A stretch of DNA of 64,000 nt from a virus (taxonomy: Duplodnaviria > Caudoviricetes): positions 606-64,605 of the IMG/VR virus record IMGVR_UViG_3300043803_000642, one strand, 5' to 3'. Below, piece after piece: positions 56,923 to 64,000 of this stretch. The stretch's first letter is position 1. Each line of letters starts with the position of its first letter. Below the pieces are notes generated by a model. That model made no database searches, was not told the origin of the DNA, and worked only from the letters and a program-made list of their open reading frames with translations. The position numbers and the translations under genes were made by a program.

Positions 56923-57687
56923 CTATGTGTTGTTGCGCCCCGCACGCATGAGATCCCCTGCGTAGACGTGCTGGCCTACGTGGCGTAACTCAATCGTGGG
57001 GTCTGCATAAATTTTACCGCCCTCCTTCTTCCACAACTCGCAGAAGTGATAGTCCTCTGACAACAGCAATCCTAGCTCTGTGATGCTGGTGCCGAAGAAC
57101 TCTCGGGTGAGTGGGGCGAGAAACTGTCCGTTATCCTGTATCAATGACGTGCGGTAGGTGGGTACTTTGAAGCGCATAGCTTTCAGTACGTTCCTGTGGA
57201 TCATCATGAATCCTGTGCCGCCGTGCAGTACTTCTACCAGGCCGTCGGGTCCGAGCGGTACTGCGTCAGGATCACCCTGATCGTCTACCGCATTCAGTAC
57301 ATACGAGCAGCCGAACTTCTCGATATCCTTTTCACCGCGCAGGGCAGCCTGCCGGATCCGTTCCCAGAACATGAACTTCTTGGGATAGATCCCGCACACC
57401 ACATCCTTCTCATGCTGGAGCAGCCGGTAGATACCGTCGGTCGGGAACCAGATGTCAGCGTCGATGAACATCAGATAGTCATCCCGCGTTTCATCCAAGA
57501 AGTATCTGGCTATCTCATTACGCGCACGGGTGATCAGCGCCTCTTTGTTCATGAACTGCCAGCGCGTCTTGATCCCTTTGCTTTCAAGGAAGCTGATGTT
57601 CCGCACGAGACTGTCGACATACTCCATGAACATCGCACCGCCGTACGCAGGGGTGCCGATCATGATGGTTGGCTTGCCGTCAATCAT
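56923..57687 (-). CDS. Second GT-A-fold glycosyltransferase-like protein (paralog of 51242-52006)
   Basis: IGTPAYGG, ITRARN, FIDADI, GIYPKK, GTGFMMI, LSEDYHFC. Confidence 0.7.
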   Translation of the reverse strand: MIDGKPTIMIGTPAYGGAMFMEYVDSLVRNISFLESKGIKTRWQFMNKEALITRARNEIARYFLDETRDDYLMFIDADIWFPTDGIYRLLQHEKDVVCGIYPKKFMFWERIRQAALRGEKDIEKFGCSYVLNAVDDQGDPDAVPLGPDGLVEVLHGGTGFMMIHRNVLKAMRFKVPTYRTSLIQDNGQFLAPLTREFFGTSITELGLLLSEDYHFCELWKKEGGKIYADPTIELRHVGQHVYAGDLMRAGRNNT

Positions 57688-57964
57688 TTGCCATGCTCTC
57701 TATCTGATCTATCAAGTGGTCAGAGATCCGTCTGTCGTTCACAGATACTGAGCCGGCGAGATCATCCTTGTGGATCAAGCTGGACACGTCACGCAGCGCC
57801 TGCTTGTAGCCGCTAGAGAATTGATCACCGCCTTCCAGGATCATGGTGATTGCATCCCGCACGATTTTGCTGGCCTGCCGGTTGCGAGCCTTCTCTTTCA
57901 GCGCGTCATGTATCTCAGGATCCAGATAGACCGAGTACGGGATCAGTCGCTTCGACTTCTCCAC
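57680..57964 (-). CDS. Ribbon-helix-helix DNA-binding protein
   Basis: PYSVYLDPEIHDALK...ASKIVRDAI; GTG start after AGGAG. Confidence 0.6.
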   Translation of the reverse strand: MEKSKRLIPYSVYLDPEIHDALKEKARNRQASKIVRDAITMILEGGDQFSSGYKQALRDVSSLIHKDDLAGSVSVNDRRISDHLIDQIESMAND

Positions 57965-58365
57965 GCGGCGAACTCCTGCTTTATTCCCAGCATCTTTTCC
58001 GTCGCCTGCTGGCTTTTTCCAATGTCGGCGCGGCTTTCCACCTTCAGGTATGTCTTTAACCATTCTGTCGCTTCCTTGTCTGATTTCTCAATGATCTGCC
58101 CGGACTCCGAGAGGAACTCCCAGAACTTGGGATCTCGGCACAGCATCCCCGATACCCGCACCATGTCCTTGGCTAACTCTGCCTCGCGGTTCATGGGCTT
58201 CTCTTCTTCGTTCAGCCTGACCATCACCGTCATGTATCTGGCGCCTACGAAATCCCGCATGATCCGTTCATCCAGATCGTCGGGGTGAATGCGCAATGTC
58301 AGGATGTAGCCGCTGTTGTCCTGCTTGATCCCTACTTTGACTGCTTCAAACTGGCTAGTTTCCAT
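57943..58365 (-). CDS. Conserved phage hypothetical protein
   Basis: QFEAVK...GMLCRDPKFWEFL. Confidence 0.7.
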   Translation of the reverse strand: METSQFEAVKVGIKQDNSGYILTLRIHPDDLDERIMRDFVGARYMTVMVRLNEEEKPMNREAELAKDMVRVSGMLCRDPKFWEFLSESGQIIEKSDKEATEWLKTYLKVESRADIGKSQQATEKMLGIKQEFAAWRSRSD

Positions 58366-58544
58366 TTTTTTCCTCTCGCTTCCATCATTGCGTCTGCAAA
58401 TACGTACGCGTCTTGCGCAACCCTCTCCACCGTTGGCAGGCCAAAGGTCGATTTGTTAGCTAAAAATCCTTGTAACGCCTTTGCGGCAAAGTAATCTCGC
58501 AAGTCCATGCCCTTCTCGTTTGTCATATTTGGAAATGCTTTCAC
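58332..58544 (-). CDS. Conserved phage protein (GMDLRDYFAAKALQG family)
   Basis: Motif plus AYVFADAMMEAR. Confidence 0.75.
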   Translation of the reverse strand: MKAFPNMTNEKGMDLRDYFAAKALQGFLANKSTFGLPTVERVAQDAYVFADAMMEARGKKWKLASLKQSK

Positions 58545-58858
58545 GATATGTCCTCCACTCTCAGTGCGTACTTGCCGTTAGCCCGCTTGGTCCAGCCGTG
58601 TACTTCCACTCTGATGCCTGCCTCTCTGACGTGCGCGATAGTGTCGGACTCCTGGATCTTCTTGATCCTTGATGACACGCCACTGCTTGTCACCTGCACG
58701 GCCAGCACTTCATCCCGACGGATAGCCAAGATGTCGCACCAGCCCCACAGATCCTGACGCACACGCTTCCACGGGTTCCACTTCTCTACCACCTCACAGT
58801 GATAGCCCTGCTCCCGCAGATACTCAAGGCTGCGCTGCGTCGGAGACTTAGCTGACAT
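58541..58858 (-). CDS. PD-(D/E)XK nuclease, putative Holliday junction resolvase
   Basis: YLREQGY...QDLWGWCDILAI...AVQVT. Confidence 0.7.
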   Translation of the reverse strand: MSAKSPTQRSLEYLREQGYHCEVVEKWNPWKRVRQDLWGWCDILAIRRDEVLAVQVTSSGVSSRIKKIQESDTIAHVREAGIRVEVHGWTKRANGKYALRVEDIS

Positions 58859-59051
58859 TCGCTATCCGCTTGATCTCTTTGATCGGGATATCAAAAGCTT
58901 CGTGGATCTTCAAGATGACAGACGGCGTTAGGTTTACATGGCCATGCCGCAGCTTGGAGATCGTAGGCGGGTGTACGCCTATGATCTTCGCAAGGGCTGC
59001 ATCGCTACGCAGGTTGGCAACACTGATCAGGTGGTCGATAAGATCGTTCAT
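58848..59051 (-). CDS. XRE/Cro-type HTH protein
   Basis: SDAALAKIIGVHPPTISKLRHG. Confidence 0.8.
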   Translation of the reverse strand: MNDLIDHLISVANLRSDAALAKIIGVHPPTISKLRHGHVNLTPSVILKIHEAFDIPIKEIKRIANVS

Positions 59052-59058
59052 GGCATCC

Positions 59059-59340
59059 TCAGAATGGCACGTCGCTGTCATCTACTACTGGCGGCTTGGG
59101 TGCCTCCAGTGTCTCGGTCTTCTTCCACGTGTTCACCTTCAGCTGGAAGAACGTGCCGTACTGGCCATCGTTCTGCCATGCGTCCAGCTTGATCGTGATG
59201 TCATCACCTTCCGTTTCCTGCAAGAGCGTACGCAGGTAGCTGCGCTCCAGGGTGATGTCGCCGTAGAGATCAGGTGACTTCGGATGGATCTTGCGCTTGC
59301 TGTAATTCAAGCGGCCAGAGTTGGGGTACTTATTTGTCAT
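59059..59340 (-). CDS. Putative single-stranded DNA-binding protein
   Basis: PDLYGDI; acidic C-terminus DDSDVPF; next to ERF. Confidence 0.7.
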   Translation of the reverse strand: MTNKYPNSGRLNYSKRKIHPKSPDLYGDITLERSYLRTLLQETEGDDITIKLDAWQNDGQYGTFFQLKVNTWKKTETLEAPKPPVVDDSDVPF

Positions 59341-60031
59341 CTTTAAATGCTCCCTTGTAGGTTCCGAAGGTATCGACCAGCTCTCTGTAGGCGACGTTAT
59401 CCTGCATCTCAATCTGCTTGTAGATGTTGGCGTTCGTGCGCCAGATGTTCATGATGTCGTCCAAGTTAGAGGCCGAATCAAGTGCCGTGACAGTCGCTTC
59501 AACGACAACAGTCAGCCAGTTTTCCCACTCTGTATCCGGTTCCGCAGATACTTTGAGCTGCCACTCACGATCGTGGCCTTCCATCTTCTTCGGTGGAGCG
59601 GGTGGTGCAGGTGGAGTTGCAGGCTTGGCTACTGGCTTTGGTGCTGCGACTGGTGCAGTCTTTGTTGCATGATTGCCATCGTCCTCTTCTGGCGCGATAC
59701 CGCAGGCGGCCATCAGGCTATAGCGACGGGCGTACGACAAAGCGCTGCCAAAGCCCTGCGCGTCATGCTTGGTTGCCGGCATGAACAGACTGCCGCCGGA
59801 CAGTTGCTCGCCTGACTCATGAATGAATGTCGTGCTGACCTTCACGCCGCCATCATGCTCTTCTGTCAGCTGCATCAGGTAGATGCCGTTGTTGTTCAGC
59901 GCATCCAGCACAGCCTCCACGCAGGCAGACAGATCTGCGTAGCGGCTGCGGAAATGCGGGTTGGTACTGGTCTTCAGCGCAGGGCCAAACTCCCGCTGCG
60001 CTTTCACCAGTGCTGTGGCGATGTTTTTCAT
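59330..60031 (-). CDS. erf: ERF-family single-strand annealing protein
   Basis: NPHFRSRYADL, IHESGE, QGFGSALSYARRYSL...EDDGN. Confidence 0.9.
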   Translation of the reverse strand: MKNIATALVKAQREFGPALKTSTNPHFRSRYADLSACVEAVLDALNNNGIYLMQLTEEHDGGVKVSTTFIHESGEQLSGGSLFMPATKHDAQGFGSALSYARRYSLMAACGIAPEEDDGNHATKTAPVAAPKPVAKPATPPAPPAPPKKMEGHDREWQLKVSAEPDTEWENWLTVVVEATVTALDSASNLDDIMNIWRTNANIYKQIEMQDNVAYRELVDTFGTYKGAFKDDK

Positions 60032-60039
60032 TTGTTCTC

Positions 60040-60189
60040 CTAGTTGCAGGTGGTGTTGCACACGCCGCCATAACAGCATGTCGTACAGAACGTGCAGTTG
60101 CCACGGTTGTCACAGAAGTTGTGGGATGTGCAGCTTGCGTAGGCCATGGATGCGGAAGCGATAGCCCAGATAGCGATCAGATATTTCAT
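60040..60189 (-). CDS. 49-aa secreted Cys-rich peptide, absent from ORF track
   Basis: SD CAGGAG; MKYLIAIWAIASASMAYA signal peptide followed by SCTSHNFCDNRGNCTFCTTCCYGGVCNTTCN. Confidence 0.75.
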   Translation of the reverse strand: MKYLIAIWAIASASMAYASCTSHNFCDNRGNCTFCTTCCYGGVCNTTCN

Positions 60190-61061
60190 GATTTCTCCTG
60201 TTGGTAAAGTTTGTACTGCTCACAAAATGGAGCGACCTGACAGAAAGATTCACAGCGTGTCCTGCCGCCCTCTCTAACCTCGACCTCGTGGCCGGGGAAC
60301 TTAGTCTTAATCAATGCGTCTGCTTCTTCCTGCGTGGCGCATACCTTCTTCGCACGAACACCACCGGCTTTCATGATGGCGAAGGTGGTTGGCTTCTCCC
60401 ACATTTCCTCTGACGTGCAGGTTGGCATCTGGCCAGAGACGGCCGCGAAGTTAGCCTCGTTGTGCAGGCGCAGTCGGTCACGCACAAACCGCTCGCGTGT
60501 CTCTGCATCCCACAGCGGAATGTCCAGCGTGACGATCGGTGCCTGCGGGTAGGTGTCCTTCAGGGCAGCTTCTCTGCGGCTCCAATCCCGAACGATGCCG
60601 ATGATCTGTAGACCAGTAACCGGATGCGCTTTCACGCGCTCGACTAGCCATGCGTACAGGTTCAGCTGATCTACCCACTCGGTCTTCTGCTGCTGGACTG
60701 CCCAGGCAGATGTCACCTTGTAGTCAGAGATAACGACGGAGCCGTCAGACTGGAAGGTCTGCAAGTCGATAGCACCAGAGATACGCCAGCTATCAAACGT
60801 GGTGAACAGACGCTCCTCGACAACGTGGTTCTCGTCTTGGCCATGCTGCAATATGTTGTGGACTGCGGAGCCAAACAGACTCCATACCTGATCTGCCGCA
60901 TCGACTTCGATATCATCTGCATGACGGCGGCGTAGCTGCACTAACTGCGGTGGCGACAGGATCTCGGTGACGCTGATCTCAGAGCTGCCCCTGCTGTACG
61001 TAGGCCGCTGAATGACATTGATAAAGGTCTGTGGCAGACCATGCTTGTTGGTAAGTTTCAT
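60186..61061 (-). CDS. PD-(D/E)XK (Cas4/RecB-like) exonuclease
   Basis: GSAVH, ISGAID...SDYKVT, QLNLY, C-terminal Cys cluster. Confidence 0.85.
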   Translation of the reverse strand: MKLTNKHGLPQTFINVIQRPTYSRGSSEISVTEILSPPQLVQLRRRHADDIEVDAADQVWSLFGSAVHNILQHGQDENHVVEERLFTTFDSWRISGAIDLQTFQSDGSVVISDYKVTSAWAVQQQKTEWVDQLNLYAWLVERVKAHPVTGLQIIGIVRDWSRREAALKDTYPQAPIVTLDIPLWDAETRERFVRDRLRLHNEANFAAVSGQMPTCTSEEMWEKPTTFAIMKAGGVRAKKVCATQEEADALIKTKFPGHEVEVREGGRTRCESFCQVAPFCEQYKLYQQEKS

Positions 61062-61071
61062 CTTGCCTCCC

Positions 61072-61114
61072 CTAGATGTAGGATGATAGTACAACTACAT
61101 CTAGCGTATGTCAA
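61072..61114 (-). promoter_or_regulatory. Sigma70 promoter of the leftward operon overlapped by an inverted repeat
   Basis: TTGACA-17-TACTAT on the minus strand; CTAGATGTAG (61072-81) / CTACATCTAG (61095-104). Confidence 0.8.
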
Positions 61115-61156
61115 CAGGCAATTTGATACCGGAATCATGTGTTGCAAAAATGGCTT

Positions 61157-61185
61157 TTGTAAATATTTACACGGTGTGCTATTGT
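61157..61185 (+). promoter_or_regulatory. Rightward promoter overlapped by the TGTAAATATTTACA palindrome
   Basis: TTGTAA-17-TATTGT with TG extension. Confidence 0.65.
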
Positions 61186-61191
61186 CTGTTC

Positions 61192-61326
61192 AGACATTCC
61201 GGTGGGCTTCTACTCCCCTTCACGTGTAGATCTCCCCTTCGCTCCTGGAATGTCTCCCTGTTGGCGACAGCAGCGACTCAGGCGCTGCCTTGACCCCGGT
61301 TACTCCCCTTTCCGGGGTCTTTTTTT
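61192..61326 (+). ncRNA. Putative sRNA with three CUCCCCUU motifs and an intrinsic terminator
   Basis: Own promoter; AGACATTCC/GGAATGTCT stem; GACCCCGG/CCGGGGTC plus T-run. Confidence 0.6.
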
Positions 61327-61340
61327 GTATAATGCCGGCA

Positions 61341-61406
61341 GCTGGAAGCCAGTCGAGCGGCTGACAGCATCACAGCCACTGAGAAAGCGGCTGGTTTTCA
61401 GCACCA
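61341..61406 (+). ncRNA. Putative small structured RNA: 15-bp closing stem ending in ACCA
   Basis: GCTGGAAGCCAGTCG/CGGCTGGTTTTCAGC with G-U pairs; inner GGCTG/CAGCC hairpin; TATAAT at 61328. Confidence 0.55.
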
Positions 61407-61407
61407 C

Positions 61408-61436
61408 TTGCATCACATCTGAATCTGTCCTACACT
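61408..61436 (+). promoter_or_regulatory. Rightward sigma70 promoter
   Basis: TTGCAT-17-TACACT. Confidence 0.7.
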
Positions 61437-61447
61437 GTGCTTGTCAC

Positions 61448-61550
61448 TGTAGCGGCAGAGACAATCCCCGAAGCCCTCAGGCCTCGGTTCTCTCCCGAAA
61501 GGGAACGTGCCGCTACACGTGAGAGCCAGAGGCCTGAGGGTTTTTCTTTT
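61448..61550 (+). ncRNA. C4-like antisense RNA with upstream target site and terminator-like closing stem
   Basis: Target TGTAGCGGCA (61448-57) complementary to TGCCGCTACA (61508-17); TCCC-GAAA-GGGA tetraloop; CCCTCAGGCCTC/GAGGCCTGAGGG plus T-run. Confidence 0.65.
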
Positions 61551-61941
61551 GGCGCTCACGACTAGGCTGTACTTTATGCGTCGGTTGGTGTCAGTACAAA
61601 ACAGTGGGTAGGAAGCCGCGAGGTGTAGTCCCCACGAGCGCGACACAACAACTCGTTTCGGGTACAGCTGAATCCGCCGGGAGAAAGTTCACCAGACCGG
61701 CAACAGTGGTTGGGCGCTGGAGGAATCCGCAGAGATTGCGGTACCAACTGAAGGCGACAGAGAGCTGGGTGTGGCCCTCCTGCAAGGGGCAAAGTCTCTG
61801 ATTCGGCACTGCCAGGACAGCGGTCGGACGATGCGAAGACTCACCGGGAACTTCACCCACGCATAGACCCCATACCTGACCCTGCTGCGGCTGGGTTGGG
61901 TTGGGTTTTGCCCTCAGATCTACCGTTGCTTACCCTTGCAT

Positions 61942-62148
61942 ATGATCCTTTACTTGTACAAGAATCATCCTGACGGTGCTGCCCACATCTGGGATGACGG
62001 TGATACTTACTGCCGCCAGTTTTCTACCGGCGGTTTGAACCCTCGGCGTTATCATGTTCACGAGGATCGCGGTCACCGGCGGATTTGCAGTATGTGCCAC
62101 GACGTGTTCGAGGAATACTCTGGCTATCGCATCACAGATGTTGATTAA
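61942..62148 (+). CDS. Small Cys/His-containing protein
   Basis: AHIW...TYC...ICSMC. Confidence 0.6.
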   Translation: MILYLYKNHPDGAAHIWDDGDTYCRQFSTGGLNPRRYHVHEDRGHRRICSMCHDVFEEYSGYRITDVD

Positions 62149-62216
62149 AATTTGCAATGACACAACATACATTGTTCCGCTAGGATTACGTCTGTTGCAA
62201 TCATTGGGAGTTAGTG

Positions 62217-62411
62217 ATGAACATTGAAGTACGTGAGATGTTGGAGCGCTGCGGATTGCTGGACGTGGATATTGGTACGTACAACAGGCTACGGGCGTTG
62301 ATTGTGTTGGCGAAGGAACGGGAGCGGGAGCGGGCGGCGATGATTTGCCATGCTTGCCGTGATTTTGAATATGCGAGCGAGGAGGTCGCCCGCAGGATAC
62401 TTGCAAACTAG
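62217..62411 (+). CDS. Hypothetical protein (ERERAA motif)
   Basis: SD GGGAG. Confidence 0.6.
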   Translation: MNIEVREMLERCGLLDVDIGTYNRLRALIVLAKERERERAAMICHACRDFEYASEEVARRILAN

Positions 62412-62420
62412 GAGGGGAGT

Positions 62421-62837
62421 ATGGAAGCAGTCTTTCAAAAGATACTGAGGTCGGCCTTGATTGGCTTGAAGCAGCTGGAGAGCAAGGGTCACATCCAGTT
62501 CAAGGTGATCTGCGGCGAGAACGAGTGGGGAAGCCTACAGGTCGTGAAGGAAAAGCCCAAGGACAAGAAGCCACGGTACTACGAGTCTGGCGATATTCAG
62601 TACGGCTTCATGCGGGAATATGTACTCAAGTACCTGACCCCGGTGCAGCCCAACGAGGTGGTGGAGATACCGTATCCGCCGCACGACTCTGAGGTGGTAC
62701 GCACCAACGCGTGTGCCTACGCAACCAAACTGTGGGGCAAAGCAAGCTACACGTCGACGATAAACAGAGAGAAGCAGATCATCGAAATCTACCGGCATCC
62801 TGAGATCAGCGAGTTAGATTTGGGAGGCTTCGAATGA
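62421..62837 (+). CDS. Hypothetical protein
   Basis: SD GGAGG; ATGA overlap with next gene. Confidence 0.7.
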   Translation: MEAVFQKILRSALIGLKQLESKGHIQFKVICGENEWGSLQVVKEKPKDKKPRYYESGDIQYGFMREYVLKYLTPVQPNEVVEIPYPPHDSEVVRTNACAYATKLWGKASYTSTINREKQIIEIYRHPEISELDLGGFE

Positions 62838-63952
62838 TCCAGTTCAACCGCTACCGGCTGCCGGATGAAACGCCGGATCTCCACGCCGACATCGTGAAGT
62901 TAGTCGGCCTGATGTCACAAGGCCTCAGAACCGCACCAGAAGCCGGTGTGCCGCTGTTATTCGAGATGGCCTACAAGTACCCCGGCAACCTGCGTGTCGC
63001 GGCCATAGGGGCGCGTCTGCACCACTGGGGGGTGTTGGGTTGGGATGAGATCCGCGACATGATCCCGGCCGAACTGCCACGTCACTTCTGGTACGCACAG
63101 GAGATCGCCGGCTGCTTGGGATACGAGCAGACCAACCGGCATTGGCACATTGAGGAGGACGATTGGTACATCCTCCAGGGTCAGGCCGATGACGTGGTTG
63201 CCCCCGGTGCTGGTGTCATGCACGGCTACATCAGCTACCAGCCGCCGAGCGCAGGCTTCTTCTCAGTTGTCGAGAACATCGTCGCGGCCTCAATGGCGGC
63301 AGAGCAGGATGGCTACGGCCTGAAGGTGGATCTGTCTGGCAACTGGTGGGCGTACGACGAGCCGTTCGAGGACATCTTCGAGGACGTATTTGAATTCTGT
63401 AACGGTGGCCTGCCGATCATGCGGTTTGAGTTCATGCGCAAGCGGTTCTTCGATGCTGATCTGGCACAGGCACAGGAGCTGGCGCGCCGCAAGATCGGTT
63501 GGTACAACGAGATCTACTACGCCATCGGCAGCTACGCTGGCACAGGGGCGGTCGAGGATGACGTTGGCACGATGTTCCTGCGGGGCGGGGATAAGCTTCA
63601 GACCGAGACCATCCTGCCACCAGCGCACATCATCCTGAAGGAGCTGGCTTGGATGAGGCGGCATTGCCGGCGGCGTGTGATATTGTCTGACGATCCGATG
63701 ATCGGGCAGATGATTACAGCCCGCGACCCGGATGTCATGGATCGAAGCAACCAGTTGCCCGGCGGCTACCACCATTTGCCGCAGCGCAAGCAGTCTTGCA
63801 TCCCGATCCTTCAAAACTACTTGGCCATGGTGGAAGCCAAGCACAACTTCTCTTGCCCGTCTGCAAACCTGGCGAACGCCGCGCAGTGGAGCAGGAGCGA
63901 TGACGATAACTACTCGTTGTCGAATCCAGTTGGGAGGTATCTGCTGATATGA
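62834..63952 (+). CDS. GT23/NodZ-like fucosyltransferase with an N-terminal extension
   Basis: AGFFS, motif I FLRGGDK, motif II VILSDDP, motif III NYLAMVEAKHNFSCPSANL. Confidence 0.6.
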   Translation: MIQFNRYRLPDETPDLHADIVKLVGLMSQGLRTAPEAGVPLLFEMAYKYPGNLRVAAIGARLHHWGVLGWDEIRDMIPAELPRHFWYAQEIAGCLGYEQTNRHWHIEEDDWYILQGQADDVVAPGAGVMHGYISYQPPSAGFFSVVENIVAASMAAEQDGYGLKVDLSGNWWAYDEPFEDIFEDVFEFCNGGLPIMRFEFMRKRFFDADLAQAQELARRKIGWYNEIYYAIGSYAGTGAVEDDVGTMFLRGGDKLQTETILPPAHIILKELAWMRRHCRRRVILSDDPMIGQMITARDPDVMDRSNQLPGGYHHLPQRKQSCIPILQNYLAMVEAKHNFSCPSANLANAAQWSRSDDDNYSLSNPVGRYLLI

Positions 63953-64000
63953 AATCTTGGTACGACTTGATGCTGCATATCCCGTTTCTTTCGGGAGTTC

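Noticed and set aside
60186-61061. Cas4 as evidence of CRISPR-Cas
   Set aside because: A solo Cas4-like exonuclease beside ERF and SSB is a standard phage recombination module
61341-61406. Canonical tRNA gene
   Set aside because: No T-loop GTTC motif, no D arm and no 7-nt anticodon loop; reported as ncRNA instead
1-64000. Stop-codon reassignment
   Set aside because: Core genes are intact under the standard code, and TAA, TAG and TGA all serve as stops

Overview
The window is most of a tailed dsDNA phage genome with a podovirus-like layout (no tape-measure or sheath genes seen). It resembles uncultured freshwater proteobacterial phages, but the host is an inference. In order it holds: a helicase/primase pair; a leftward cluster of small early genes sharing a repeated translation leader; terS, a LexA-like HTH, terL, portal, GroES, scaffold and a Mu-gpT-type major capsid; a block of small basic virion-associated genes; adaptor, tail and glycine-rich fibre genes; a lysis cassette; and ejection proteins ending in a 2066-aa polyvalent protein. 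A leftward operon follows with a sugar-modification toolkit (RfbH/DdhC, a ThDP enzyme, an SDR, Gmd, Fcl and glycosyltransferases) and ERF/exonuclease recombination genes, then a divergent control region with several structured RNAs. The main candidates for undescribed biology are five. (1) Unrelated 'cargo' proteins are fused to one conserved basic C-terminal tag that follows a recurrent phi-x-x-G-G motif found about 20 times in virion proteins, suggesting capsid loading and processing. (2) A DDxxD prenyltransferase-like gene overlaps a Trp-rich ejection-protein leader. (3) A yersiniose-like branched-sugar trio sits beside a fucosylation kit. (4) A 49-aa secreted 8-Cys peptide is missed by the ORF track. 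(5) Three tandem small RNAs occupy the control region. All family calls come from motif recognition by eye; no searches were run.
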